Shown: positions 28,501-37,332 of the stretch, in pieces
Layout of the letters: each line of letters opens with the position of its first letter
Numbering within the stretch: position 1 is the first letter of the stretch
IMG/VR virus record: IMGVR_UViG_3300037264_008423
Location: 62,001-126,000 of that record
DNA length: 64,000 nucleotides
Direction: 5' to 3' (one strand)
The notes under the pieces: generated by a model
What the model saw: only the letters and a program-made list of their open reading frames with translations
Told to the model about the DNA's origin: nothing
The model's database searches: none
Position numbers and translations under genes: made by a program

Positions 28501-29010
28501 CGTCATCCACAGCGGGTCACTCGTTACTATGAGCACGTCTCTGGCAATACGATGGCGCGGTTTAAGCTGTTCAAGGAACACATCAGTGACTACACGATCC
28601 TTTACACGCTGCCGCACCGTAACGTTTTAGGCGAGGATCGGTTCCAGGCTGATTCTTTTGAAGAGGCCGAGCAGATCGCCAAGAATAAGGCGTCGGAGTT
28701 CTTTTTGCACTACTGGGCGAATAAGGGCATACCCTTCGAGTCTAAAGCGGAGAGTCCGCCTGCCGTCAAAGCTTTGGCGGAATCCGATGACGGCCAGCTC
28801 CGGGTGGAGTTTGACGCCGGTCCCTGGCTGCAAGCCGCGACCGTGGACCAGGTGAAGGCGGCGCTGGAGAGCGCGGATGCCGTGGCCCTGGACCAGCGGA
28901 ACCATGCCGATCTGGACCGGTTTTTCGGCCAGGTGAGCGGGGGGTTTAAAGTTTACATTGATCCGCAAGAAATTGCCCATGCTCGCCCCGATGTCGTCAT
29001 CCCGGCGTAG
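25573..29010 (+). CDS. Modular polyprotein-like protein with 7 acidic tags; includes an HExxH zincin-like domain
   Basis: 1145 aa. HELVH at about 26368. Tags such as ESVEDDFETKDL, ESVEDDFEIKDL and ESEEDDFETKDL. Confidence 0.75.
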   Translation: MTRAEQAIRSLVEDEDFELKDLVSDYDGNPILKLPRGREEVLVELGGELYTGTAQTLWDWLHDPYIWRFVIWVDGHLVTGMRGNVTDINDAGLSIKLLDQQGNYLRKTVQKSEPVIGLNSRTERGQRPPDAVALEFLPAGFRLSESEEEDFDTKDLVGEAVLMPDTAQAAELTAEALDGITKAIEAGPKLDWTKKESKGLWLKEWPGLLHKFSTDRVKLRYSPAGTFHAAYQYGGLIVIFVPPLTEMGPGYRLDLTRRTLEKLVHHELVHHAQWQRHQGKNKGTISRKGVAQDPAAYFNTKSELMARAHDYVLGLAGRVGGYSNGKILSRSEVIYRIRQPGDERGSLNLKYLTPKSRRRFFKYAYQYAQQLPESVEDDFETKDLETQDPTRLRMPVAFANVPEGFEFKKDDGQAVRKQGTGYTVGGEFHNLGNPKYWCYPVDWDLPTISSFGRKWYRTRQPLPPLSRALESVEDDFEIKDLELSEEELDLLAATEVADRLNRAGFKFTIDKNLHFMLDDRMHGREIRLGPTVQFILEPRKTNADRGESWVKMWTRIQYIPDYGEFYTVWKNHLQQVVGAENPIWIFGNNAYEITIPVGPSTQQKMVERLAEKIQESQPADRERLEKVYDKIYKLAEAHGQESEEDDFETKDLETSSDESLIVGHATEGQSPHDLALRVSMYGWQNPVLSEPGPDDPSWEVRFNYPRGAIPDNDPAQVDQAAWHVIELAAAMSFRGHIRVTRVQDADYDFVFRVEPLVQESEDDDDVDMKALFDDPPSEWRYVGTVQVDQDQGIERFVFRRHGIIDETLEMHLHEQAPGRWIVNFYVQGVGFLSRTEIHVNGLTQASHIARQQATDFFTENGYLTPITESQERETRRYKVTADPEHLDQIEQLFWWVNSTHSGHSGSAKIYVDGDGAARVGIEKEEGELKRPEEEVHSRCDGEAEFSVCLEDEEDDFEVKDLVPDPAYIQWDLVGTARHPQRVTRYYEHVSGNTMARFKLFKEHISDYTILYTLPHRNVLGEDRFQADSFEEAEQIAKNKASEFFLHYWANKGIPFESKAESPPAVKALAESDDGQLRVEFDAGPWLQAATVDQVKAALESADAVALDQRNHADLDRFFGQVSGGFKVYIDPQEIAHARPDVVIPA

Positions 29011-29021
29011 TTATAGGCAGC

Positions 29022-30473
29022 GTGATCAGTGACACCAATATTTATCATCCGCAAGCGCGCGCCAGTCTCGCCTCTGAGCGCAACTGGATCACTTTTGTAG
29101 CCGCAGCGATTATGAGCGAAGCCCAAATTACCGCCGAGGCGGCCCTGCTCCTGGCCCAGCAAGCCTGGACCTTGGCCATTGCCGGAACCAACATCGGTCA
29201 AAATGCCTATAACCTGGCCAAGCTGGCTTGGGACTTGGCCAATGTCGGCACCAACGTGGGCACCAACGCCCTCAACGCGGCGGCAACCGCCCAGTCCACG
29301 GCGGAGCTGGCCCTGTCTCAGGGCGGGGGCGGCACCACCGTGTATGAGATCGCCGTGGCTGGCACCACGGTCGCCAACCATGCCTATGATATCGCCATCG
29401 CTGGCACGAGCGTGGCTAATCACGCCTACAACATCGCCATTGCGGGGACTCAGCGCGCCGACGAGGCGTATGATCTGGCGGCCATCGGCACCAACGTGGG
29501 CACTAACGCCCTGGTCCTGGCCCAAAGCGCCTACGATCTGGCCCTGGCGGGAGGCGGGGGCGGCGGGACCAGCACGGTTATTGCTACGGAAGCTTACAAC
29601 ATCGCGGTCAACGGCACGACCGTGGCCAATCATGCTTACAGCATCGCGGTTAGCGGCACGACCCTGGCCAATAGCGCCTACGTCCTGGCGACCACAGGCA
29701 CGAATGTGGCCAATCACGCCTACGTGATCGCGCAGGCCGGGACGAACCTGGCCCAGGCTTCATATAACATCGCGGTCAACGGGACCAACACCGCCAATTC
29801 GGCCCTGACCGTGGCCAACCAGTCCTGGACCTTGGCCAACACCGGCACGGCCCTGGCGCAGCGCGCTTACAATCTGGCGGCTATCGGCACCAACGTGGGC
29901 ACCAACGCCCTGGGCCTCGCCAACGCGGCGGGGGCTTTGGCGACCACGGGCAGCAACCTGGCCTGGCAGGCGTTTACCATTGCCAGCATATCGGGCGGCA
30001 ATGCCAGCCTGATGCTGCCGGTTCAAAGCGCCAAGCTGCCGACCACCGCCAACGCGACCATTGATGGGGCCAATACCCTCTGGCGTTTGCATTTTTCGCA
30101 GAACACGTCCGCCGCCTACCAGTTGATGATGCCCACCGATTTTGGCACCGGTTTGCACCTGCACGTGATGCTGGCCCTGGATGACGCGGTAGTCGGGCCT
30201 GCCAATGGTAATTTCAATGTCTATGTGGCCCGGACCGTGGATGGGGCGTTCGCCCCCGTTTATGACACGGCTAACGCGTTTACGTGGGCGCTGGGCGCGG
30301 CGGCTTTCGGGGCTAATGTCACGCAAAGCTTCAATGTGCCGCTGGCCAATGACGCGAGCGTGGTTGCGGGAGATTTCGTGGCGGTCAAAGTCGAGCGGGT
30401 CACCGACACCATTCACCCCGTGGGCATCAGCATGATCGCGGCGACCCTGGAATGGACTCGTCAAGTGTTTTAG
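29022..30473 (+). CDS. Repetitive fibre-like structural protein
   Basis: About 14-aa repeats A..AY.IA..GT; DNA repeat GGCACCAACGTGGGCAC(C/T)AACGCCCT at about 29247, 29487 and 29886; C-terminal beta domain. Confidence 0.65.
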   Translation: MISDTNIYHPQARASLASERNWITFVAAAIMSEAQITAEAALLLAQQAWTLAIAGTNIGQNAYNLAKLAWDLANVGTNVGTNALNAAATAQSTAELALSQGGGGTTVYEIAVAGTTVANHAYDIAIAGTSVANHAYNIAIAGTQRADEAYDLAAIGTNVGTNALVLAQSAYDLALAGGGGGGTSTVIATEAYNIAVNGTTVANHAYSIAVSGTTLANSAYVLATTGTNVANHAYVIAQAGTNLAQASYNIAVNGTNTANSALTVANQSWTLANTGTALAQRAYNLAAIGTNVGTNALGLANAAGALATTGSNLAWQAFTIASISGGNASLMLPVQSAKLPTTANATIDGANTLWRLHFSQNTSAAYQLMMPTDFGTGLHLHVMLALDDAVVGPANGNFNVYVARTVDGAFAPVYDTANAFTWALGAAAFGANVTQSFNVPLANDASVVAGDFVAVKVERVTDTIHPVGISMIAATLEWTRQVF

Positions 30474-30476
30474 TAT

Positions 30477-31220
30477 ATGGCTATCTCCTTCGCAGGCACC
30501 GGCAGTTGGGAGGTCACGGACACCACCCTGACCTGGGCGGCCATCTCCGTGTGGGTCAAGCCCCACTTGGTGGTGGGCGTCGATGGCACCCGGTCGATGA
30601 ACATCATCTGCCTGTCCGATCCAGGGCGCACGCGCTACACCTTTCAGTTGGCTGTCTGGCAGAATTTCCCGCTGAGCGCCTGCTTCTTCTCCATTTACTT
30701 CCAGCAGTCGGCAGGCAGCTTTTTCGTCAAGAAGGGAGACACGCAGCTTATCACGGACACCTGGTATCACATCATGCTGACCATTCCCGTGGATGACAGC
30801 CGGTTTCAAATCCTGGTGAACGGCAACGATGACGATCTGTTTAACAACATTTTCCCCACCTGGTCCACAGGGTGGGGTGTGACCGTGGCTACGGACTGGA
30901 TTATTAGCGGAGCGGTCAGCACTGATACCACCTACAACGCTTTCAACGGCCAAATGTCCGACGTGGCCGTGTGGAACGACCGCTGGAACCAGCGCATTCT
31001 TTACTCCTACCGGGGTGTGACCAAGCTCTATTCCACGCCTTCCATTGCCTACTATCCGCTCCAAATCGATCCCGGCAGCCTGCGCTTCTATCTGCCCATG
31101 AACGAGGCCACGGACGGCGCGGCGGTCACGAGTCTGCGGGATCACGGACCCAACCTATTGACGCCCGTTTTGACCGGTTCCTGCACGGGAGTCACCAACC
31201 CGGTGGTCGCCTATCCTTGA
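30477..31220 (+). CDS. LamG/concanavalin-like domain protein
   Basis: ISVWVK, DTWYHIML, FNGQMSDVAVWN and LRFYLPMNE motifs. Confidence 0.75.
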   Translation: MAISFAGTGSWEVTDTTLTWAAISVWVKPHLVVGVDGTRSMNIICLSDPGRTRYTFQLAVWQNFPLSACFFSIYFQQSAGSFFVKKGDTQLITDTWYHIMLTIPVDDSRFQILVNGNDDDLFNNIFPTWSTGWGVTVATDWIISGAVSTDTTYNAFNGQMSDVAVWNDRWNQRILYSYRGVTKLYSTPSIAYYPLQIDPGSLRFYLPMNEATDGAAVTSLRDHGPNLLTPVLTGSCTGVTNPVVAYP

Positions 31221-31299
31221 CCGGGCTGTCAAGAGTCGATGATTTTTAAACCGCGCGGCCCCTGGAGGGGCTGGCTTTGCACTTTCAGTTCTGTGGATC

Positions 31300-31728
31300 A
31301 TGCATCAAGAAACATTGCAGCGGTTAACGGAACAATGCCTGGAGCGAATCAAGGACCAATACGGGGAGCGCATCCAGTCCATTAAAGACCCTTCCCAGGT
31401 CGTCGCCGAGGTGGTCGCGGCGCTCCTGCCCCTGATCGCGCTGGATCACCCCAGGGAATTATTCAGCAAGACGCTCTGCTTGTTCCGGGACGCTCAGCAC
31501 CAGCAGCCCTACCTTTACTTTGAGCTGGCTTTTACCCGAACAACGGATTGGATGTGCTTTCTGATTGATAAGAGCCAAAGAGGGACGAGTCGCGACAATA
31601 CCAGCACAGAGGGACATTTGGTGCTGGCCCAGGGCCAGGCGGATAATCCCTACGAGGCGACCGTCCCGGTGACCTGGAAGCTGGAGCAGATGTTCATGCC
31701 GGATAAAAAATCGAATGAGCGAGCCTGA
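31300..31728 (+). CDS. Hypothetical protein
   Basis: 142-aa ORF. Confidence 0.55.
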   Translation: MHQETLQRLTEQCLERIKDQYGERIQSIKDPSQVVAEVVAALLPLIALDHPRELFSKTLCLFRDAQHQQPYLYFELAFTRTTDWMCFLIDKSQRGTSRDNTSTEGHLVLAQGQADNPYEATVPVTWKLEQMFMPDKKSNERA

Positions 31729-31945
31729 AAAGATTTACTGTCCTGAGTGCCACGCGTGCCTGTTCTTGAACGATGACTGGGACTGGGAGAGCGGCCAGTG
31801 CCTAGGCATGTGGTGGGAGTGCCCGAACACGGACTGCGGCTACCGACAGGCTATTTCCCTGCGTCCCGCGACCTCAACCTTAACCCTCCATGAAAATGAC
31901 CAAACTCAAACCCATCCAAGTGACGAAACCCACCCAGCCGGTTGA
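31715..31945 (+). CDS. Small zinc-ribbon protein
   Basis: CPECH...CPNTDCG. Confidence 0.5.
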   Translation: MSEPEKIYCPECHACLFLNDDWDWESGQCLGMWWECPNTDCGYRQAISLRPATSTLTLHENDQTQTHPSDETHPAG

Positions 31946-32513
31946 GCCGAAAGCCTCCGGCTGGATTAAAGCGACGGTGCATCTGAAGCGCGCGGCAGGC
32001 CCCTTGACGGTGCTCAGCCAGCGCCACACGGCGGCGTTCGAGAAGCACTTTAAGATCAAGAGCCTTTATTTTGCCCGATACTCGGACCTGAGCCAGCACC
32101 AGTTCGAGGTTTCGGCCAAGACCCAGGCGACCTTCCGACAGATCAAAGACTTTTTCAGGAAGTGCCTGGGCGTATCGCGCGTGGAAGTGGAGTGGCGCGG
32201 CACGGGATCGGAGGCGCACGCCTGCGCGTATCAAGCGGTCAAGCGCCTGCCGGGCCACTACGAGGATGCGGCGCAGGACCGCGAGTTTGTGGACGTAATC
32301 CACTGGATGTGCAACATGCGCGGCTTGGACTATGCGCGCGAGCTTCGTTTCTACGGTTACGCCACGCTGGTCGTCGCCCAGGTAGTGATCAGCGCCAGCG
32401 AAGCCAATTTGGTCGCTATGGAAGCGGACCGGCTGGTGAATAAGAAATCTCAGCCGGAGAAAAGCCAGCGCCAGCGGAAAGCCGAGCGCAACCAGAAGCA
32501 TCCCGGTATTTAA
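31890..32513 (+). CDS. Hypothetical protein
   Basis: 207-aa ORF. Confidence 0.55.
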   Translation: MKMTKLKPIQVTKPTQPVEPKASGWIKATVHLKRAAGPLTVLSQRHTAAFEKHFKIKSLYFARYSDLSQHQFEVSAKTQATFRQIKDFFRKCLGVSRVEVEWRGTGSEAHACAYQAVKRLPGHYEDAAQDREFVDVIHWMCNMRGLDYARELRFYGYATLVVAQVVISASEANLVAMEADRLVNKKSQPEKSQRQRKAERNQKHPGI

Positions 32514-32535
32514 GGTCGTATAGATTAAGGACCTT

Positions 32536-32988
32536 ATGCAAGCGACCCATGTTCCCAATCCCACGGGCACGGATGACACGGTGCGCCAGCCTGCCGTGAC
32601 GCCGACCACCTACGGAACCATCGAGCTGACTGCCGCCGCCGATCAGACCGGCAAGGAAGGTTACTTTGTGGAGATCGACGCCAATCAGGCCGCGTCCGTA
32701 TGTAATAACCTGTTTGATTTTCCATTCGGGGTCATCCTCACGGGCGCGGCAGAGGGAGGCGCAAGCTTGGTCGCTATCTGCGCCGGGGGATTCGCAGGCA
32801 CCGTGCGGGTGAAGCTCAATGCCACGCCCGGCACGGTTAAAATTGGCACGCATCTTCAACTGGCGGCGGACGGGACAGCCAAGGCCGACGCGGGAGCCGG
32901 GTCCCGCAACCTGGTCGCCCAAGCTCTGGAGGCGGGAGGAGCGAACGCTCTTATTTTAGCCGCTCTTTACCGGCCCATTTCCCTGTAG
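32536..32988 (+). CDS. Capsid cement/decoration-like protein (DUF2190-like)
   Basis: GYFVEI...PFGVILTGA..G...V...G.V.VKL...VKIGTHLQLAADG pattern. Confidence 0.6.
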   Translation: MQATHVPNPTGTDDTVRQPAVTPTTYGTIELTAAADQTGKEGYFVEIDANQAASVCNNLFDFPFGVILTGAAEGGASLVAICAGGFAGTVRVKLNATPGTVKIGTHLQLAADGTAKADAGAGSRNLVAQALEAGGANALILAALYRPISL

Positions 32989-33017
32989 TTGACCGCAGAA
33001 TATATTTTGTTTACATT
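32989..33017 (+). promoter_or_regulatory. Sigma70-type promoter pointing into a convergent gene block
   Basis: TTGACC-N17-TACATT with the GTTTACATT extension. Confidence 0.6.
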
Positions 33018-33058
33018 CGCCAGATGACGCGAAAAACAGCAAAGAAAAAGCAAGCGCG

Positions 33059-33385
33059 TCAAGCCCCGCCCCCACCCGGATAAATGCCGATGGAGGTCTG
33101 GTCGCGCGCGGATTTCTCGGTGATTGTGGCGCGCCGGAGGCGCTCGCGCTGCCAGGCGTAGAGGGCGGCTTTGGCGGGATCGCTGGCGCGGGTCATCAGG
33201 TCTTCAATGACTTCCAGGGCGTGCTGGCGGTCCTTCTCCGTCTTGAACTTCAGGGAGTCCAATTCCAACACTTCGGCGACGATGGTTTTCATGCTGGCTT
33301 GCTTGTAGCAGGCGGGGCACTGGGCCGTGACCGGCACACCCTCGGCAGGCCAGGCTTTAACCCTGAAGTTGGTGGATCTAGGCAT
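33059..33385 (-). CDS. Hypothetical protein with CxxC
   Basis: 108 aa, CPAC. Confidence 0.5.
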   Translation of the reverse strand: MPRSTNFRVKAWPAEGVPVTAQCPACYKQASMKTIVAEVLELDSLKFKTEKDRQHALEVIEDLMTRASDPAKAALYAWQRERLRRATITEKSARDQTSIGIYPGGGGA

Positions 33386-33893
33386 GGGTGCTGACTGGAC
33401 TGGTCCGCTTCCAGGTGCCGTCGATCAAAATCTCGTAGGCGGGTTCCGGTTTGGCTCCGCTGGCACGGGCGTCATAGACTGCTTTTTCCGTGCCGTCCAC
33501 CCCAATGCGATCAGCGCGCGCCGACCGCTTTGCGGCATCGCGGTAGATCTGCGCGATGGCCGTTCGGAAATGCCGGGTTAAGAGGCGGCGTGGCTGCTTG
33601 CAGACGATGAAAGCGTAGGGGTTGGGACCGGGATAGATGATAAAGTATTGGGGCTGGTCCCAGTAGGCCGGATTCTTGGCGCGGCGAGTCACATACCATA
33701 CGCCGCCGAGTCTTTCAAATCGGCGTGACCCGCTGTTGAAGGCGATGTCACCTTTAACAGGTCCACCAAAGGCCCGGTTATAGCTGTTCTCGACGCGTGC
33801 CTGGTTACGCACGCGAGTCGCGGTCTCCAGATACGTGTCCGGCTCCTCATCTTCCAGCAGGTGCTTGATGATGGCGGGGGTGATGTTAGGCAT
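33378..33893 (-). CDS. Hypothetical protein with an LLE-acidic N-terminus (putative head-internal protein)
   Basis: Start ATG 33893; IIKHLLEDEEPD. Confidence 0.55.
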   Translation of the reverse strand: MPNITPAIIKHLLEDEEPDTYLETATRVRNQARVENSYNRAFGGPVKGDIAFNSGSRRFERLGGVWYVTRRAKNPAYWDQPQYFIIYPGPNPYAFIVCKQPRRLLTRHFRTAIAQIYRDAAKRSARADRIGVDGTEKAVYDARASGAKPEPAYEILIDGTWKRTSPVSTHA

Positions 33894-33894
33894 A

Positions 33895-34218
33895 TTAAAG
33901 ATCCCAGGTATTGACCAGGCGCAGCCGGTTCGGCTCCACGGCCAGCTTGGACCGGTAGGAGCCAGCGATCTCCGGGTCCGGTTCCAACTGGTCGTTGGGA
34001 ATTTCAACCTCAAAGACAGCGGCGGTTGTTTCGGAGGGCGGCCATTCGTCCGCTAGCCAGTTTACCACGCCATCCTCCGCCGTGGCCAGATCCTCGAAAA
34101 AGTAGATGGCCGGTTCGCGGTCTCCGGCGTAGAAACCCCGCTTAAACGCTTTGGGTTGCAGGCCGGTCAACTGAATGATCTCCGATTTACTACCAGGGGC
34201 TATGTGGTAAACTTTCAT
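33895..34218 (-). CDS. ADP-ribosyltransferase-fold (Tpt1/KptA-like) small protein
   Basis: MKVYH...II.LTGL.P...IYFFED...A...AVFEVEIP. Confidence 0.55.
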   Translation of the reverse strand: MKVYHIAPGSKSEIIQLTGLQPKAFKRGFYAGDREPAIYFFEDLATAEDGVVNWLADEWPPSETTAAVFEVEIPNDQLEPDPEIAGSYRSKLAVEPNRLRLVNTWDL

Positions 34219-34612
34219 TGGTCTCCAAATTCCAGCCAGTCCTCGTGTTCCTCGGCGGCCTGGCACTCCGGGCACGGCGGCATGTCCGGGGGACAGCGGT
34301 GGGGCGCGAAGTGGCCGACACCGAGCAGATACTCCCGGTGTAGTTCCTCGCCGCGCGCCTCTTGCTGCGCTTGTAACTCCGCGTCCGCGTCATACATAGT
34401 TAGCTACTTCAGGCACTCAATGCCACGCTGGACCATCTTGTTGAGCAAGGCGACCGCTACCGCGTCGGCACCTTTGCGCCAGCCCTCCTGAATATCCGGC
34501 TTCACCTGCTCCCAGGGCGGCAGCGGTTTGCCATCAAACGATTTCCAGTCGCGGGTGTCGCAGTAGGCGTTGTAGTTGACTTGGCCCAGGTCGGTTGGGC
34601 CTGGTCCAATTT
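34215..34612 (-). other. Two small hypothetical genes (34215-34397 and an ORF ending at 34404)
   Basis: Short packed ORFs; CPPDMPPCPEC. Confidence 0.4.
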
Positions 34613-34617
34613 CGATC

Positions 34618-35646
34618 TTAGTGAGCATAGGGGTAGTATTGAGATTTGCCGTTGATAAAAGAAGTAAACGTAAAGTTACAGGGATTTTCCGAGGCATAGA
34701 CCAGGCCTTGGTAGCTTGGCCGGATCTTTTGGTCCAGCCACGGGGCGCGGTCCGCCGCGTCGAGGTAATCCAGGTGAGTCACCATAATTTGGTCGGGCAC
34801 AGCCAATTTAAGGCTATAGTCAAAATCGGCATTGGACCAGGTGAAGACGCGGCGTTCTCGACCGGTTACCGTGCCGTGTTCCGGGGGGCGCTTGAGCAGG
34901 GACCACGAGATCTCGGTGCCGCCCGTGGGACCGCTGTTGCCGCCCACGCGGATGGGGAACGTCCGGTAAACGCCCACGTAGTGCCATTGCAGCCGGGCCA
35001 GGCCGTTGCGCGCCACGGCGGCCTGGGGCAGGGTGGACCGGCTGGTCACGTAAGGGTAGTGGCCAAAATTGGTGTCCAGCAGAAGACCTTGGCCGCACTC
35101 GAAGACGCACGTATCGAAGTTACCGGGCAGGTCCTCAATCAAGTCCATATACTCCCGTGGCGCGAGCGCGCACCAGTCCGGGTTAACTTTTTTGATCCGG
35201 TGTCCGATGACGCACTCTTCCTGGCGAAAGACATGCTTGCGGTAGCGAGCCGCGCCGCCGCCTGTGCAGGTGCTCGCGATGCGCTCTCTTAGTTGAATGT
35301 CTTGTTCGGTCTGGACGCAGTTTTCGTCGCAATGAGCGGCGTTGACATGGATATACAACCGCGCGGGAGCTATTCCGTGGGCCGCGCGGTAGTCGCAAAC
35401 AGTGGACCAGTCCTCCGTCAGGACTTCCAAGTCAATGACGGCATCCGGTCCCAGGATCACCGCGTCGGCGAAAAAAGCTCCGGCAGGCAGGGCACGCAGG
35501 GAACCGGCGCGGCAGGTATGGCCGCTGTTGGGGGCGTTCTCTCCAATCACCACGGACCGGCCTTTGTGCTGTTGGAGCAGGGCTTCGGCCACGCAGCCTT
35601 TTCCCTCCAAGCCGTATTGTCCGCCGTAAACACAATAGCATCTCAT
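34618..35646 (-). CDS. Adenylosuccinate synthetase family (PurZ/PurZ0-like) protein
   Basis: GGQYGLEGKG P-loop, APNSGHT, FECGQGLLLD, HYPYVTS, FPIRVGGNSGP, GTVTGRERR, VTHLDY. The 342-aa length is typical of the short archaeal-PurA/PurZ0 type. Confidence 0.8.
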   Translation of the reverse strand: MRCYCVYGGQYGLEGKGCVAEALLQQHKGRSVVIGENAPNSGHTCRAGSLRALPAGAFFADAVILGPDAVIDLEVLTEDWSTVCDYRAAHGIAPARLYIHVNAAHCDENCVQTEQDIQLRERIASTCTGGGAARYRKHVFRQEECVIGHRIKKVNPDWCALAPREYMDLIEDLPGNFDTCVFECGQGLLLDTNFGHYPYVTSRSTLPQAAVARNGLARLQWHYVGVYRTFPIRVGGNSGPTGGTEISWSLLKRPPEHGTVTGRERRVFTWSNADFDYSLKLAVPDQIMVTHLDYLDAADRAPWLDQKIRPSYQGLVYASENPCNFTFTSFINGKSQYYPYAH

Positions 35647-35649
35647 AAT

Positions 35650-37332
35650 TTAGTCTTCAGGGTCACAGTCATCGTCCGGGTCAGGGACATCCCAGTTGAT
35701 ATCTTCCTGCGTGAGCAGGTCGCCTTTCTTACGCCTGCCGGTGGGCAGGGTGAGGACCGAGTAGCGGTCCAGGTTGATACGGTCATGGGCCGCATCAACG
35801 CGCTTTCTGACCGTGTGGAAGCTGCCTTTAATGGGCAGATCCGTTCCCGCCACGGTATCGACGATGTTGGTCTCCATATTGTAGATCAGAACATCATAGC
35901 GCGCGTCCGGGCTGTCAGCGGGTTGTTTCGCGGGGGCTTGGGGTTTGGGTGGGGTGTTCATTGGGGTATTAGTTGCCATAAAATCCTGAGTTCTCGCCCA
36001 AGTCCTGGGACGGTTCGTAGTCGCGATGGAGCGCGATGACGTTCTGGCCGAACTCAAGCTTATCCGCCATACTACGCAGGATGGCGGCCATTTCGGCCAT
36101 GTTCAGCTCGATCTTAGGCTTGGCGGCAGTGAGCAGCTCCATCAGGTGATGACGGTTGATCAGCACCGGGACAGCAGTCTCCGCATCCGTTTGGCGCACG
36201 ACATTGAACAGGGTGTCTTCTACTTGTTTGGGTGACATCGTAGAGTAAGCGACCACTGGGCGCGTTTGTCCGAGCAGGGCTGGAGCTGGTCGCATAGCTC
36301 CTGGGTCAGCGCGTAGGCTTCCCGCTCCCGGCTTTCTTTATTGACCAATTCAAGGCGCTGCCGGACGGCCATGACTCGCACCACGGTCAGGACTGCTTCC
36401 TCGCGGTCGCAGCGCACCAGGACCTTAGCGCCCTGGAGCCGCAGCATGCCTTCGGGTTTAGTAATGTCCAAGTTCATTTTTTAAGTTTACTTTCGGCGCT
36501 GTGGATATACTCCAAGATTTGGCGGCGTTCCTGCTCCACCTTATCGAGGTCGATCTCATAGAACTGAGCTAGCAGTTTTTCCGGGCGCTCGCGCTTTTCG
36601 ATCAGGATGTTGTTTTGATAGCAGCACAGGACAATCCCCCGCGTGCCCAGCCATTCCAGGAACTCGCCAATATGTTGCGAGCGCGGGGCGGCGGCTTTCA
36701 GTTTTTCAAGTTCGGGGGTCGCGGGATAAGCGGTGTCAATACTCATGGTGTTTAGGCGTTGGAGTTGGTAAAGGTAAATTTCGTGTGGCACAAGGGGCAG
36801 TGCCAGGTTTCTTTCCAGGTCACGACCTCCATGCCAAGGATCTTGCTTTCGTGCTCGTCCACCGTGGCCGGGGTGTGGTGGAGGCGATGCTGGGCGCGCT
36901 CGGTCGGATCTTTGGTGGTAATGAACTTGATGCCACTCATAGGGGTAATTCTTCGATTTTGATGGTCTGGGTATAGTTTTCGCGCCGGGCCAGGTCCTCG
37001 GCGGTGCGGACAGCCTCGTGGTGGTCGCTCGTGCCGCCCAGGTCGTGGGTGGATTCGTCCGCTCGTTGAACGATGACATGGTATTTTCGGCGCTGGTCGA
37101 TCCCGCGCCGGATCACGCTCATTTTGGTGATGGCGGGGGTTTGGCCGCTGGGATAGGCCACGTAAATGTAGCGGGAAGACCATTCCGGGCGGAACTCCTC
37201 GTCATAGGCCATGCCGCTGGTGCTGATGATCACGCCCACGGGACGCTTGCGGATGTCGGCAAGGTCCTGGGCTTTCATCTTGGTTTCTAAATTGATGGCA
37301 TAGGAGCCGGGTTGGGGAAGTTTCATGGGCAC
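35650..37332 (-). other. Cluster of small hypothetical genes (ORFs ending at 35650, 35969, 36220, 36474, 36752 and 36937)
   Basis: Tightly packed short ORFs on the minus strand. Confidence 0.5.

Noticed and set aside
36288-36302. GGAGCTATGCGA on the minus strand, resembling the repeat 3' end
   Set aside because: Short, gapped and inside a coding region, with no surrounding structure.
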